DNA of 64,000 bases, from positions 32,001 to 96,000 of the forward strand of contig JBBSWH010000001.1 of NCBI GenBank assembly GCA_038046385.1, read 5' to 3'. Under the pieces are notes generated by a model. That model saw only the letters and a list, made by a program, of their open reading frames with translations. It was not told the origin of the DNA and made no database searches. This document shows, piece by piece, positions 39,069 to 49,030 of the stretch. The position numbers and the translations under genes were made by a program. This DNA comes from Nanobdellota archaeon. Lineage in GTDB: Archaea; Nanobdellota; Nanobdellia; Woesearchaeales; GW2011-AR4. The stretch's first letter is position 1. Each line of letters begins with the position of its first letter.

Positions 39069-40003
39069 TATGTGTTCACTCTTATTGAAGAAACTGTTTT
39101 TCTGTCAAGAACAGCGCTTCCGATTCCTTTGCCGACAAAAAAAGACTGCTTGCTCATTGCGCTGCTGATTAAATCAAAGAATCCCTTTTCATTTTCATAC
39201 TCAACAAGCTCTGCAGTTATTCCTTCTTTATTTTCTATGTATGCAATAACTTCATCTTTTCCGCCAAGCTCGTCAACCAAGCCAAGCGTTTTTGCCTGCG
39301 CGCCTGTGAAAAACAACCCGTTTGCTATTTTGTCAACATCTTTTTTGCTCATGTGCCTGTTCTTTGCGACTTCAGATGCAAAATAATCCTTCATTTCGTC
39401 AAGGCTCTGCTGGAATAGCACTCTTTCTTCAGGAGTCATTTCCTTGAATGGGCTTCCCATATCTTTGTATTTTCCTGCAATCAGCCTTTCGTATGTTATA
39501 TTATACCTATCCAAAAATCCTGAAAATTCAAGATATGACGCAATCACTCCAATCGAACCGGTTATTGAAACCCTGTTGGCAACAACATAATCAGATGACG
39601 ATGCAATCCAGTATCCTCCAGATGCGCCCACTTCCCTTATCCATGCAACTGTTGTCTTGTTTGTCTTCTTTACAGCGTTAGCAATTTCTTCAGATGCAAC
39701 TGCTGATCCGCCCGGGCTATTTATTTCCAATATTATCGCTTTTATGTTGTTGTTTTTTGCAGCTTTTTCAATCAGCTCAACAGTGTCTGTTGATGAAACA
39801 ACGTCTTCAAAGAAAATACTGTCAGAGTCAGCCATTATAACCCCTTTGATTGGGATGACTGCTACATTTCCTTCAAGAGATTCAAAATCAGAATTTGAGA
39901 AAACAGATGCAAAAATTACAATGAAAAATCCAAGTATTGTAAGCCCGATAAGAATAAATATCGAGTATGCCCAGCTGAAATTTTCTGTTGGCTTGTTCAT
40001 CAT
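39068..40003 (-). CDS. sppA: signal peptide peptidase SppA (S49)
   Basis: INSPGG, GASGGYWIA and GSIGV motifs. Confidence 0.93.
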   Translation of the reverse strand: MMNKPTENFSWAYSIFILIGLTILGFFIVIFASVFSNSDFESLEGNVAVIPIKGVIMADSDSIFFEDVVSSTDTVELIEKAAKNNNIKAIILEINSPGGSAVASEEIANAVKKTNKTTVAWIREVGASGGYWIASSSDYVVANRVSITGSIGVIASYLEFSGFLDRYNITYERLIAGKYKDMGSPFKEMTPEERVLFQQSLDEMKDYFASEVAKNRHMSKKDVDKIANGLFFTGAQAKTLGLVDELGGKDEVIAYIENKEGITAELVEYENEKGFFDLISSAMSKQSFFVGKGIGSAVLDRKTVSSIRVNT

Positions 40004-40194
40004 TCATCCCCCTTCTTAAAAGCCTGGAATATATCTTTGCGCCCCTGCTTTAGATTGTCAAGTATCTGGTCTTTTGCCATTTCCAAAAACCCAATGACTT
40101 CCTGCGGGCTAACATTCTGTGTTTTCATGGAAGTCTGTATGTTATTCCCGGCTATTTCTACTTTTAATAAAAAGTTTTTTTCAGGTTCTGCCAT
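40000..40194 (-). CDS. hypothetical protein
   Basis: operonic; EVIGFLEMAK motif. Confidence 0.65.
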   Translation of the reverse strand: MAEPEKNFLLKVEIAGNNIQTSMKTQNVSPQEVIGFLEMAKDQILDNLKQGRKDIFQAFKKGDE

Positions 40195-40698
40195 TTATAT
40201 CACCGTATAAGACTGTTTTTCCACAACCCTTGTCTTGCCAATAATTTCAGTAAGGCGCTGGTTTGATTTTGTAAAAAGCATAACCAAAGGATCGGCTATG
40301 ACCAACACATCAAAAGGAAAAATTGGAATAAACGCTGCGTTTCTTAAAGCCATCTGCCATCTCTTTTGAGGATTTAAATCGCTTACAACATACAGGTTCA
40401 TTATTTTTTTCCCAATTGTCTGGCCCATCCTGTTTTCCAGCTTGTAGAAATAAAGGAAAGTAAGAAGCGACATTCCGAAATAAATTGCTGCAATCTGGCC
40501 AGTTTGCTCTGTGCCGGCAAGCAATTTGTATGTATCAATAAAAGAGCCGTTTTGCGGAATCATTCCTCCTATGAATTTTCGGAATGGGATAAAAACAACA
40601 AGCACGATGATCAGCATGTCAATAAGGAATGCTACAATCCTTTTCCATATCAAGGCAGGGCTTATGAACTCGTCCTTTGGAAGGTTAATCTTCTTCAT
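40195..40698 (-). CDS. RDD family membrane protein
   Basis: WKRIVAFLID and GQTIGKK motifs. Confidence 0.88.
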   Translation of the reverse strand: MKKINLPKDEFISPALIWKRIVAFLIDMLIIVLVVFIPFRKFIGGMIPQNGSFIDTYKLLAGTEQTGQIAAIYFGMSLLTFLYFYKLENRMGQTIGKKIMNLYVVSDLNPQKRWQMALRNAAFIPIFPFDVLVIADPLVMLFTKSNQRLTEIIGKTRVVEKQSYTVI

Positions 40699-40802
40699 AC
40701 TTATGGGTAATATTGGCTCTTTTTAAATGTATTTTTATCCATTAAACAAACAAAATCCCCTCATAGAAAGGTATATAAAGCAACCTCGGTTCAAAAGGTT
40801 AA

Positions 40803-41147
40803 ATGAGCAAGAAGAAAGAAGAGCAGGAAAAGCAGGAACATCTTCAGCATGAAATTTCTAGAATAATGACTCCAAGAGGCAACCAGACTTATGCGGTTGT
40901 TGAGCAAAGGCTTGGCGGATCAAGAATGAGGGCAAGATGCCTTGACGGAAAAACAAGAATCTGCAGGATTCCCGGAAGGCTGACCAGAAAATTGTGGGTA
41001 AGGGAAAGGGACATTGTCATTATCGAGCCATGGGAATATTCAGGGGACGCGAAAGGAGACGTAATCTACAAGTACACTCCGACGCAGCTTTCATTCATGA
41101 AGAAGAAAGGGTATCTGAAGCAGCTTGATGATTTTGAAGAATTCTGA
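40803..41147 (+). CDS. eif1a: translation initiation factor aIF-1A
   Basis: RLGG..CLDGKTRICRIPGR..LWVRE.D motif. Confidence 0.95.
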   Translation: MSKKKEEQEKQEHLQHEISRIMTPRGNQTYAVVEQRLGGSRMRARCLDGKTRICRIPGRLTRKLWVRERDIVIIEPWEYSGDAKGDVIYKYTPTQLSFMKKKGYLKQLDDFEEF

Positions 41148-41196
41148 TTGTTATTACTTTATCATAGAAATATTTATATAGCGACGTGCAAATTCT

Positions 41197-41790
41197 TTGA
41201 ATATGGAAAAGCGCATTGAGAGTTTACTTCTGATGAATGTTCTTCTGACTTTTTCTATGATTGGGTTTATTTTTGTTGTTTTTGGCCTTACGCAGTTTGC
41301 ATTTGCTTTTGAGCTTCTGGTACTGCTCGTTTTCATTTCATTATTTTCATTTGGAATGTACAATGCATACCATGGAAGAAGGGCAGGGTGGGTTCTGATT
41401 GCTGCAATGCTGCTTACAGTGATAGCGGACGTTATTTTCATTGCAGGAGCGTCTTCAACTCTTAGAATCAGCCATGTATCTACTTTGTTTTTTTCAGTGC
41501 TTGCATTGGCTATTGCGCTGATTAATCTGAATGGGAACCATGTTAAAGAAGAAAAAATAGAGCATGTTTCTGGCCCGTACTACAGCAAGTCAAGCGCTAA
41601 AGCAGAGAAAACAGAGCATGCAAAGAAAACATTCGAACCGGGAAAATACGTTGCTTCGAAGAAAGCGAACAAGTACCACACAGCAAAATGCGACTGGGCT
41701 CTTCGAATAAGCAAAGAAAACAGAATATGGTTCGACACCAAAGAAGACGCTGAACTGAAAGGATATGTTAGAGATAAGTGCGTTGAGTAA
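41197..41790 (+). CDS. membrane protein with C-terminal Ada-like metal-binding domain
   Basis: 4 TM segments; ASK..KYH..C..A..I...N..WF..GY..C motif. Confidence 0.7.
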   Translation: MNMEKRIESLLLMNVLLTFSMIGFIFVVFGLTQFAFAFELLVLLVFISLFSFGMYNAYHGRRAGWVLIAAMLLTVIADVIFIAGASSTLRISHVSTLFFSVLALAIALINLNGNHVKEEKIEHVSGPYYSKSSAKAEKTEHAKKTFEPGKYVASKKANKYHTAKCDWALRISKENRIWFDTKEDAELKGYVRDKCVE

Positions 41791-41828
41791 GAATTCTAAA
41801 TTAAAATATTAAGAGAAAATTAAAAAAT

Positions 41829-42218
41829 TTATCCTGTAAATAGCCTTAAAACAGAAGCATATTTGCCCATTGTTGCTTCAATTATCTCTTTTAATTGTTT
41901 TTTTGCTGCTTCGTCTTTTGGATCAGCGTGGATTGCTAATGTTGCTTTGCTGAATACACTCCCGGGTGGCGTATACCTTGCGCTGCCACTAACCTCACTA
42001 TGTACATAACCCATTGAAAGTATGTTCCCTTTAGTTTTTGCAGGTATTCCCTTTCCAATAAGTGCCGATTCCAAATCCCCTAAAACCTTATGACCATCAA
42101 AATCTCTGCTAAGAAAACTTTTTGGCTGATATACCATACTTATTTCATATTGGTTAGGTACTCTTTCTTTAGATGATTTTTTTCCAAATGACATAGCTTT
42201 TTGGAAACTTTTCCTCAT
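41829..42218 (-). CDS. hypothetical protein
   Basis: 129-aa ORF. Confidence 0.5.
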   Translation of the reverse strand: MRKSFQKAMSFGKKSSKERVPNQYEISMVYQPKSFLSRDFDGHKVLGDLESALIGKGIPAKTKGNILSMGYVHSEVSGSARYTPPGSVFSKATLAIHADPKDEAAKKQLKEIIEATMGKYASVLRLFTG

Positions 42219-42279
42219 ATTTAAACCTTTCGTTTAGTCACTACTTTAGAATAAGAAAACTATTTCTTCCAGAGCAGGA

Positions 42280-42501
42280 TTACTTTAATTTGCGATAAAT
42301 CCAAATTACCGATTCAGATAAAAAAATAGCAACAAATCCGCCCAATGCGCCTATTGCCAGTGAAAACAGCACTAGAGACAAAAAAGGAGGAGGCGGATCT
42401 ACAATGGAGGAATATGACTGACCAATAGCCAATGAAATCAGAAACATTATGCCGCCGCTCCAAAAGAAAATTTTTTTTATATAATTAGGATTTTTGTCCA
42501 T
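42280..42501 (-). CDS. small membrane protein
   Basis: 2 TM segments. Confidence 0.5.
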   Translation of the reverse strand: MDKNPNYIKKIFFWSGGIMFLISLAIGQSYSSIVDPPPPFLSLVLFSLAIGALGGFVAIFLSESVIWIYRKLK

Positions 42502-42592
42502 AACTATACCCTGCTTTTTTAGATATATAAATCTTTGTGAGGAAACGTAATAAAAACTATAGCTTTTAGCTTGTGTTGATTAACCTACTGCA

Positions 42593-43036
42593 TTACTTTT
42601 TCCAGAGCAGAATAACAAGAAGCACAACACTTACGCTTATAGCGCTGTCTGCAACATTGAATACCGGCCAGATTCTGAAATCAAGAAAATCCGTAACGTG
42701 CCCCAAAAACAGCCGGTCAATCAAGTTTCCAACTGCGCCGCCAAGAAGAAGGCCGACTGCAAACTGCATTGGCTTTTCATCGTTTTTTATCTTTTTGACG
42801 GAATAGACAATGCCGAAAATCACTGCAAAAAAGATTATTATGAAAACAGCGTTCATTCCCTGAAACAAGCTGAACGCAGAGCCGGTGTTTGTTACATAAG
42901 TTATGTGGAAAATGTTTTTTATGACTGGAAGCGATTCATTAAGGCTGAAGTTTTTTCTTATAATCCATTTGGTTAACTGATCAAGAAACACAACAATAGC
43001 TGCAACAGAAAAAACAAATATATTTTTTTTATTCAT
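42593..43036 (-). CDS. lspA: lipoprotein signal peptidase II
   Basis: DQLTK, NTGSAFS, GNLIDR and FNVAD motifs. Confidence 0.93.
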   Translation of the reverse strand: MNKKNIFVFSVAAIVVFLDQLTKWIIRKNFSLNESLPVIKNIFHITYVTNTGSAFSLFQGMNAVFIIIFFAVIFGIVYSVKKIKNDEKPMQFAVGLLLGGAVGNLIDRLFLGHVTDFLDFRIWPVFNVADSAISVSVVLLVILLWKK

Positions 43037-43089
43037 TAAACCAAAATTAAGAACTTATGTATAAAAATGTTTTTAATCAAAAGAACTCG

Positions 43090-43197
43090 TTTTGCCATCG
43101 TTCGCATGTAATGTTTTAGATTATTACAAAAATTCCTCATGGAACCTCCTTTTTGTTAAAATATTTTATAGAAAATGCTCACAATTTGATGGCAAAA
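43090..43197. repeat. family C long-hairpin element
   Basis: TTTTGCCATC...GATGGCAAAA termini; inverted relative at 59030-59194. Confidence 0.8.
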
Positions 43198-43593
43198 TCA
43201 ATAATACCTTCTTCTTCTGCCGGAGTCTTCCTGTTCTCCCCTTGCAATTCCTTCAAGGTTCACAAGCCTTTGGTTGATTGCATCAAGGGAAGCCTTGACA
43301 GCGTCAAGCTTGCTTGATATCACTTCAAGATTTTTTGAGTTTATGTAATTGTCATTGCTTGGCATTGAAGGCTGGAAAGACGGCTGCGATGGGAAATTCT
43401 GCGAAGGCTGGAATGAAGGATACTTCTGAAAAGGCTGCTGTGTCTGCGGCATTTCAAGCCCCATTCCCAGGTCAGGAGAAGGCCCTTGGCTGTTCATGTC
43501 CAATCCCAAATCCTTGTCAAGCCCGAGGTCTTTGCCTATGTCAGAGAAATCATCTTTTTTCTTCCAAAATGCAAGCTTGCTGAAAACGCCCAT
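43198..43593 (-). CDS. hypothetical protein with low-complexity PSFQ linker and coiled coil
   Basis: LEVISSKLDAVKASLDAINQRL segment. Confidence 0.7.
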   Translation of the reverse strand: MGVFSKLAFWKKKDDFSDIGKDLGLDKDLGLDMNSQGPSPDLGMGLEMPQTQQPFQKYPSFQPSQNFPSQPSFQPSMPSNDNYINSKNLEVISSKLDAVKASLDAINQRLVNLEGIARGEQEDSGRRRRYY

Positions 43594-43907
43594 CTATACA
43601 CCTCTTTTTTAAACTTTATTGACTGAAGCAATATATAAACATTGTGGATTATATTCCTCTAATGAACAGGTAAAGCAGCGCAAGCGCCAAGGCGACGAAG
43701 CTGACAAAAAGTATTGTGTGGAAGAATTTCTTGAACATTTCGTGCAGTATAAACATAAGGACAAGGTACCCGAGCACAACTCCAACAACAATTGAGATTA
43801 TATCCATTTTGCCTCTGAGTATTCGAAGAGGTTTGTTGGACTATGTCCAATTTTAACTCTTTTTTAATTAATTAAGGTACACTTGAAGAACTGATTAAAT
43901 AACTTTT

Positions 43908-44939
43908 CTATTCTTTCTTATCATTTGCAGGTTTTGATACTGCCCAGTCTATGCTCTCAAGCGGCGTTTCATATCTTTCTCTTTCAAGAGCAAGCTTATG
44001 CCCGACTTCCTGCACAAGCGACCAAAGCATTATCTCCTGCTCTGCCTTGTTTAACTTTCTTAATTTGTGCTTTGCATCTACGCTCTCATCGCGCACAGCC
44101 ACATTTGACAGCATAGACCTGTAAAATTCAATCATTAAATCTGTAGGCATGGCAAAAGGAGACATAATCCTTGAAGTTTCGTTTCCTGGCTGAATCATAA
44201 ATTTGAAGTATGCGGCTATTTCCGGTGCAAATAAATAAATTGCTTTTGCTCCCCCCATCTGCCTTTCTCCAAACCCAAATGCCCAGTCACTTGCAGGGAT
44301 GCTTATTGTCGTGTTAAATCCGTTGGCTATTGCGTAATTGTTCACGCTGTCTGGGTTTGTGGCAACAGATCGCATCTGGAATCTGTAATCTTTGACCTTT
44401 TTTGTTCTGGAAGGGACACTGACAGAAACTATCGAGCCGGATTCAGAAGCAGCATTACCGCTGTAAATTTTCCCTATCTTTATATCCTCTCCTGTTTGCA
44501 TTCCATAAGACACTAGCCTCATCGCTTCGCACAGCTCAACAAGCCTTACGACTCTTTGCCTTCTATCCTCATTTCCAGCAAATGGCGCAAAAGCGTAGCC
44601 TGAATTGTACGGGTGATACACTTCTGAAAAAGCAGCTTCTCTTGCAAGAGCAGGAGTCATTGCGTTCTCAACAGCGTCTTCAAGAGAATCAGGAGATTTT
44701 ACTTCTATTGGCTGGGCGTTCATAAGGAACCTTTTAGAGTCCCTAAAAGAATCAGGAAGAATTTTGCTGTTAAGCACAATGCATTCTCCTTCGTCAAGGC
44801 TTAATACTCTTCCAGCAACCCCCCTGTTTGTTTCAACATAAACAGGAGCGCTTCCTTTTAAAATTCCTGCAACACTCGGATCCTTAAAATAATTTTTTTT
44901 AGCGCTGCCCATTTTTAGAAGTCTTTGCCCCGTACACAT
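43908..44939 (-). CDS. hypothetical protein
   Basis: 343-aa ORF. Confidence 0.7.
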   Translation of the reverse strand: MCTGQRLLKMGSAKKNYFKDPSVAGILKGSAPVYVETNRGVAGRVLSLDEGECIVLNSKILPDSFRDSKRFLMNAQPIEVKSPDSLEDAVENAMTPALAREAAFSEVYHPYNSGYAFAPFAGNEDRRQRVVRLVELCEAMRLVSYGMQTGEDIKIGKIYSGNAASESGSIVSVSVPSRTKKVKDYRFQMRSVATNPDSVNNYAIANGFNTTISIPASDWAFGFGERQMGGAKAIYLFAPEIAAYFKFMIQPGNETSRIMSPFAMPTDLMIEFYRSMLSNVAVRDESVDAKHKLRKLNKAEQEIMLWSLVQEVGHKLALERERYETPLESIDWAVSKPANDKKE

Positions 44940-45678
44940 TTAAAAATATAGTCCTTATCCTTCCGATATAATTATTTACTGCCCTAAGATACCTTAATTC
45001 AATGTTTTCGCCTATTCCCACCTTCACATTGTCTTTTATCCTGCTGGAATTAAGTGAAATTGCCCATAATAGATCGTATATTTCTCTTGGCTCCACTTTT
45101 GAAAGCCTTTCCCTTAAAGGCACTATTGGGTTGTCTTTTCTTCTCACAAGCCCAAGGTAATAACTTTTGGAAGTTGTTTCTTCAATCATATTTGCAACAA
45201 CTTCCACAGGTCGGCCCTCTGAAAGCTTTGCATAGCGCTCTGTTTCTTTTTTTCTGTGAGTTGATTTGTAGTTATGGCTTGCTATGTAAAGCGCAAGAAT
45301 CTCTGATGGCTTAAGCGCAAGAAGAACACTGTGCGGAATGCCTCCTATGTTTTTTGGATGACCCGTCATGTCCACTTCCATTTCAGTAACTCCTGCATAG
45401 AGCCTTTTAAGGTTCCCATAGCCGCCGTAATGAGATTCAAAACTGGAGCCATCTTCCCTAAAACTGACTTTTGCGCGGAAAGATTTCAATATCTCCCCGT
45501 CTATTCCGTAGCTTCCAAATTTTGAAACAGCAGGAACAACACCAGCAACTTTTTTTTCAAGAGAATCACTTGTTGGTTTCGCATCTGCATCTTCTGCCAA
45601 TAAACTCAATTGAGCCTTGCTGTTGAGAGTTCTAACTCCTTTATGTCCTGCTAATCTTCTATGAATTACCCTTGCCAC
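44899..45678 (-). CDS. hypothetical protein
   Basis: 259-aa ORF coupled to the downstream gene. Confidence 0.65.
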   Translation of the reverse strand: MARVIHRRLAGHKGVRTLNSKAQLSLLAEDADAKPTSDSLEKKVAGVVPAVSKFGSYGIDGEILKSFRAKVSFREDGSSFESHYGGYGNLKRLYAGVTEMEVDMTGHPKNIGGIPHSVLLALKPSEILALYIASHNYKSTHRKKETERYAKLSEGRPVEVVANMIEETTSKSYYLGLVRRKDNPIVPLRERLSKVEPREIYDLLWAISLNSSRIKDNVKVGIGENIELRYLRAVNNYIGRIRTIFLNVYGAKTSKNGQR

Positions 45679-45810
45679 AACGCTTTATTTACAGAATCTC
45701 TTTATAAACTTTTCTCATTTTACAACTAAGAAGTAACAAAATTATAATTCCTAATAAATTTTATAGATTGATAGGTTCAATCATCTACCTAAATAAAAAA
45801 ACCGAAGAAC

Positions 45811-46191
45811 TTAAGCAATCAAAACAGCGTTAACAATTCCATCCTGGCCCGGCCTTGATGTGATCTTTGCCTTTCCAAGCTCTGTGTCAATAACAGATCC
45901 CTTTGTCATTATATTCCTTCTTATGAAGTGCCTGTTAGCCGGATTGTCGGTGATTGTCTTTATTTTAACTTGTTTGTATGATTTTGTCTTTGGATTGTAA
46001 AGGTTTGCAGTGTCTGTGCTAAGCAATCTTAATTTTCTGTTGTCGCCCATTACTCTGATAGTCTGGACTCTTGCCTTGCCAAGCTTTGTGAACGACGGCT
46101 CACGCCCAAGCTCATATTGTTTTTTCTTCCTAAAATCCTTATACCTTGCGCCTGTCTGTTTTCTCTTCGGTCTTGCTTGTGATAATGCCAT
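45811..46191 (-). CDS. rps8e: 30S ribosomal protein S8e
   Basis: RKQTGAR...ELGR...NPAN...TSRPGQDG motifs. Confidence 0.95.
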   Translation of the reverse strand: MALSQARPKRKQTGARYKDFRKKKQYELGREPSFTKLGKARVQTIRVMGDNRKLRLLSTDTANLYNPKTKSYKQVKIKTITDNPANRHFIRRNIMTKGSVIDTELGKAKITSRPGQDGIVNAVLIA

Positions 46192-46286
46192 AACTTTTGG
46201 AAATTTTCTTGATTTATAAGGGTTTCTGTTTAAATACTGATTAGACAACAGATAATCTTTTATTCAAGGAAAGGTATGCTAATTGG

Positions 46287-46706
46287 ATGCAGCCGTTTGA
46301 AATAATAATTTTTGGAATGCTTTTGTTGGTGGTTTTGTATATTGGATATTTAATCGGAAAATTTGTTGCAAAAAGCAAAATACCGGAGATCAGAGAAACT
46401 GCGATAAAGCATTCGAGAGCAGTTCTTGCAGGCCAGTTCAGCGAGCAGATGTCGCCTTACCTTCCCGGATTCGGGCACAAGCCGACAGAGGCAAGATTCA
46501 TCGGCAAGCCGATTGATTTCATAGTCTTCAAGGGGATGGACGAGAAGAAAATTGAAGACGTAATCTTTGTTGAAGTCAAGAGCGGACAAAACAAACTTTC
46601 AGAAGTGCAGAAAAGCCTGAAATCAGCAATTGAACAGAAAAAAGTCTCGTGGCACGAATATAAAGTGCCGGAAAATGTTACGAACAGCGATGGGAAACAT
46701 TTATAA
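46287..46706 (+). CDS. Holliday-junction-resolvase-like endonuclease with TM anchor
   Basis: SEQMSPY, FIGKPIDFIVF.G and FVEVKSG motifs. Confidence 0.85.
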   Translation: MQPFEIIIFGMLLLVVLYIGYLIGKFVAKSKIPEIRETAIKHSRAVLAGQFSEQMSPYLPGFGHKPTEARFIGKPIDFIVFKGMDEKKIEDVIFVEVKSGQNKLSEVQKSLKSAIEQKKVSWHEYKVPENVTNSDGKHL

Positions 46707-46733
46707 ACAATACCAGTTTTCATTTTCAATAAA

Positions 46734-47024
46734 ATGATGGAACAAGCAAGACCGTTGGACGCATTGAACAAGGCAAGGGACAAGAGAGTAATCCTTGAGC
46801 TGAAGAACAACAAGCAGTACATCGGGAAATTAAAGTCATTTGACATTCACGTTAACGTTGTGATTGAAGATGTTGAAGAGTACGAAATAAAATTCAAAAA
46901 AATATCTAAAAAAATCGATGAAAACACAACTGAAGAGTTTACAACAACAGAAACATTGCTAAGGAGAAAGCTTGGCTCAGTTTTTATAAGGGGAGACACA
47001 ATAACAGTTATTTCAACAGAATAA
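46734..47024 (+). CDS. Sm/Lsm (SmAP) protein with extended loop
   Basis: RPLDAL, FDIHVNVV and FIRGD motifs; upstream of rpl37e. Confidence 0.9.
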   Translation: MMEQARPLDALNKARDKRVILELKNNKQYIGKLKSFDIHVNVVIEDVEEYEIKFKKISKKIDENTTEEFTTTETLLRRKLGSVFIRGDTITVISTE

Positions 47025-47040
47025 AATTTCTAGGTGCTTA

Positions 47041-47152
47041 AATGAAAGGAACGCATTCAACTTTTTGCAAAAAACTTGACCAAAAGCATGAAAGTGCTAT
47101 ATTTGCTTCGCAAAATAGCACGAGAGGGCTACAATGAAAGGAACGCATTCAA
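47041..47152. mobile_element. family A mini-element duplicating the rpl37e 5' end
   Basis: AATGAAAGGAACGCATTCAA at 47041 and 47133. Confidence 0.85.
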
Positions 47153-47313
47153 TGGGGAAGAAGTCCGGCAGCAAGAACATGATATACTGCAGGCGCTGCG
47201 GGAAAAGAACTTTCAACCTTGGGGCAAAATGGAGATGCGCTTCATGCGGATTCGGCATGAGCAAGAAGCTTCGCGGTTACAAATGGCAGAAGAAGCCAAA
47301 GAAGATTTCTTAG
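47134..47313 (+). CDS. rpl37e: 50S ribosomal protein L37e (not in ORF track)
   Basis: MKGTHSMGKK...CRRCG...CASCGFG. Confidence 0.92.
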   Translation: MKGTHSMGKKSGSKNMIYCRRCGKRTFNLGAKWRCASCGFGMSKKLRGYKWQKKPKKIS

Positions 47314-47367
47314 AAAGTTTTCAGCAACCTTTTTAAAGCAAGTTTATATCTTATTTTTTACATTCAT

Positions 47368-47499
47368 GCGGAGGTGCCGGAGTGGCCAAACGGGATAGGC
47401 TTAGGCGAGGCATCTTTTTGGTGTAAAGAGCCGAAAGGCAATGACTTTGAGACACCTATTAGCTTAGTGCTTACGCAGGTTCGAATCCTGTCCTCCGCA
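47368..47499 (+). tRNA. tRNA-Leu(TAG) with 48-nt canonical intron (47406-47453)
   Basis: cloverleaf; BHB helix CTTA/TGAG. Confidence 0.92.
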
Positions 47500-47612
47500 T
47501 TCATTTTCATTAGTGGATTCACAATCCACGACTGCGTAGCATGGTTTCTTTGGTCAAGCTTTCTTTTTATAAAGAAAGGTTGGTGGGAACCCTTACTCCG
47601 CATTCATTTTCA
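47493..47612. mobile_element. family A mini-element with duplication of the tRNA-Leu 3' end
   Basis: CTCCGCATTCATTTTCA at 47493 and 47596. Confidence 0.8.
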
Positions 47613-47675
47613 AATGCATAAATTTTATAAATAACCATATTTTCACAAACAAAATATGGAGAAGGGTGCAACAAA

Positions 47676-47894
47676 ATGGCAAGAGAAAAAGTAAAAAAAC
47701 TAAGCGTAAAGAAAGAGAGATATCTTAAATTCAGGAAGGAAAAGCCTCCGATGACCTTCACAGTGCCTGATCTTACAGAACAGCAGGTTGCAGAAAGAAG
47801 GGTAGATGAGCAGCACATCGGACAGTTTTGGAAAGGCTACAGAAGGCCGCCTGAAAGGTTCGTAAGCGAAAGAAAAGCAAAAAGCAAGCGATAA
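47676..47894 (+). CDS. hypothetical basic protein
   Basis: 72-aa ORF with RBS. Confidence 0.55.
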   Translation: MAREKVKKLSVKKERYLKFRKEKPPMTFTVPDLTEQQVAERRVDEQHIGQFWKGYRRPPERFVSERKAKSKR

Positions 47895-48131
47895 ACCTCA
47901 TTTTTCTGTTATTTTTTTCTATTCCAGTATACTGATAACTATACCAATAATACAAAACTTTTTAAATCATTTTTGATTTTAAAATCATACGTGGGGGTGT
48001 TTATACTTGCAGTTCTCTAACAGTGAGAAGGAAGACTTCATAACTTTAGAGAACGGAATATTCACCCATAAGCAGATAGAAAGAAAGGGAAACATAGTTT
48101 ATATGCGAATGAAGAAGAGGGTGCTTAAAAA

Positions 48132-48299
48132 ATGAGCGAGAAAAACAAAAAAATTCTGCTGTTTATTGCCGTCGTTATAATTGTTGCAGTTCTGATTAAT
48201 TTTGTTTTTAGGGTTTTGAGCAGCCTTTCATGGATTGTGATAATAATTGCAGCAGCCATAGTATATATGAACTGGTCCAAAATAAAGAAAATGTTTTAG
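48132..48299 (+). CDS. small membrane protein (not in ORF track)
   Basis: MSEKNKKILLFIAVVIIVAVLINFVF... Confidence 0.55.
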   Translation: MSEKNKKILLFIAVVIIVAVLINFVFRVLSSLSWIVIIIAAAIVYMNWSKIKKMF

Positions 48300-48301
48300 A
48301 T

Positions 48302-48469
48302 ATGGGCAACAAAAATTTCCTCAAATTCTTTGTTTTTTTTATTATTGCAGTTTTGATTTTAAATCTTATTTTATTTGCTATGAAAAAAGTCAATGAGCTT
48401 TTGTTCTGGGTGATTATTATAATTGCAGCAGTGTTTGCATATAAGATACTGCCTAAGATGAGAAATTAA
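48302..48469 (+). CDS. small membrane protein
   Basis: MGNKNFLKFFVFFIIAV...; resembles the upstream ORF. Confidence 0.55.
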   Translation: MGNKNFLKFFVFFIIAVLILNLILFAMKKVNELLFWVIIIIAAVFAYKILPKMRN

Positions 48470-48485
48470 TACTTAAATAAAAAAA

Positions 48486-48539
48486 TGTCAGAAATCAAAA
48501 GATTTCTGAGCATGCTCGTAAATCTTTTGATTTACGACA
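48486..48539. repeat. family B palindromic element (minimal 54-bp form)
   Basis: TGTCAGAAATC-AAAA-GATTTCT-GAGCATGCTC-GTAAATC-TTTT-GATTTAC-GACA. Confidence 0.85.
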
Positions 48540-48544
48540 GGCAA

Positions 48545-48691
48545 TTAAGCCTTTCCAAGAATCCTGAAAACCTTTGTGCTGCATACACCGCATGTGCCTT
48601 TCATTGCCTTCATGCCGTTCTTCATTATGACTTCTTTTCCTTCTTTGATTTCGACTTCTTTCCTGCACTTCATGCATCTTCCTCTTGCCAT
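48545..48691 (-). CDS. DUF5679-like small zinc-binding protein (not in ORF track)
   Basis: MARGRCMKCRKEVEIK...MKNG...KGTCGVCSTKVFRILGK. Confidence 0.85.
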   Translation of the reverse strand: MARGRCMKCRKEVEIKEGKEVIMKNGMKAMKGTCGVCSTKVFRILGKA

Positions 48692-48820
48692 TTGATTCAC
48701 CTCGAGTTCTAATATAATATAGGATTTTAAGCCTATGAGTAAATCATATAAGATGTTATATATAAAGATTTGGGTTTTTTACTCATAAACTGCCCTAGTT
48801 TGCTACTATTAAGAAATTAT

Positions 48821-49030
48821 TCTACAATCTCAAGAGTGGGGGTTGCCATCGGTTCGCATGTAATGCTTAGGCGATAAAGCGTCCGTTCCCCGTAAGGGAC
48901 TCAACTTGAGCATAGCTCAAGTGAGCAATTGAAGCTTTGCTTCAATTCGCTTCCCCCTTGTCCGCTAGCTGTAGATTTAAAAAAAGCTCACAAATTGATG
49001 GCAACCACAAATCACTCTACAATCTCAAGA
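48821..49030. mobile_element. family C element (48841-49006) with nested insert and 15-bp duplication of the HAD gene 3' end
   Basis: TCTACAATCTCAAGA at 48821 and 49016. Confidence 0.75.

Noticed and set aside
47076-47336. 86-aa ORF in the track
   Set aside because: It is an off-frame shadow of rpl37e (47134-47313) that starts inside a repeat element.
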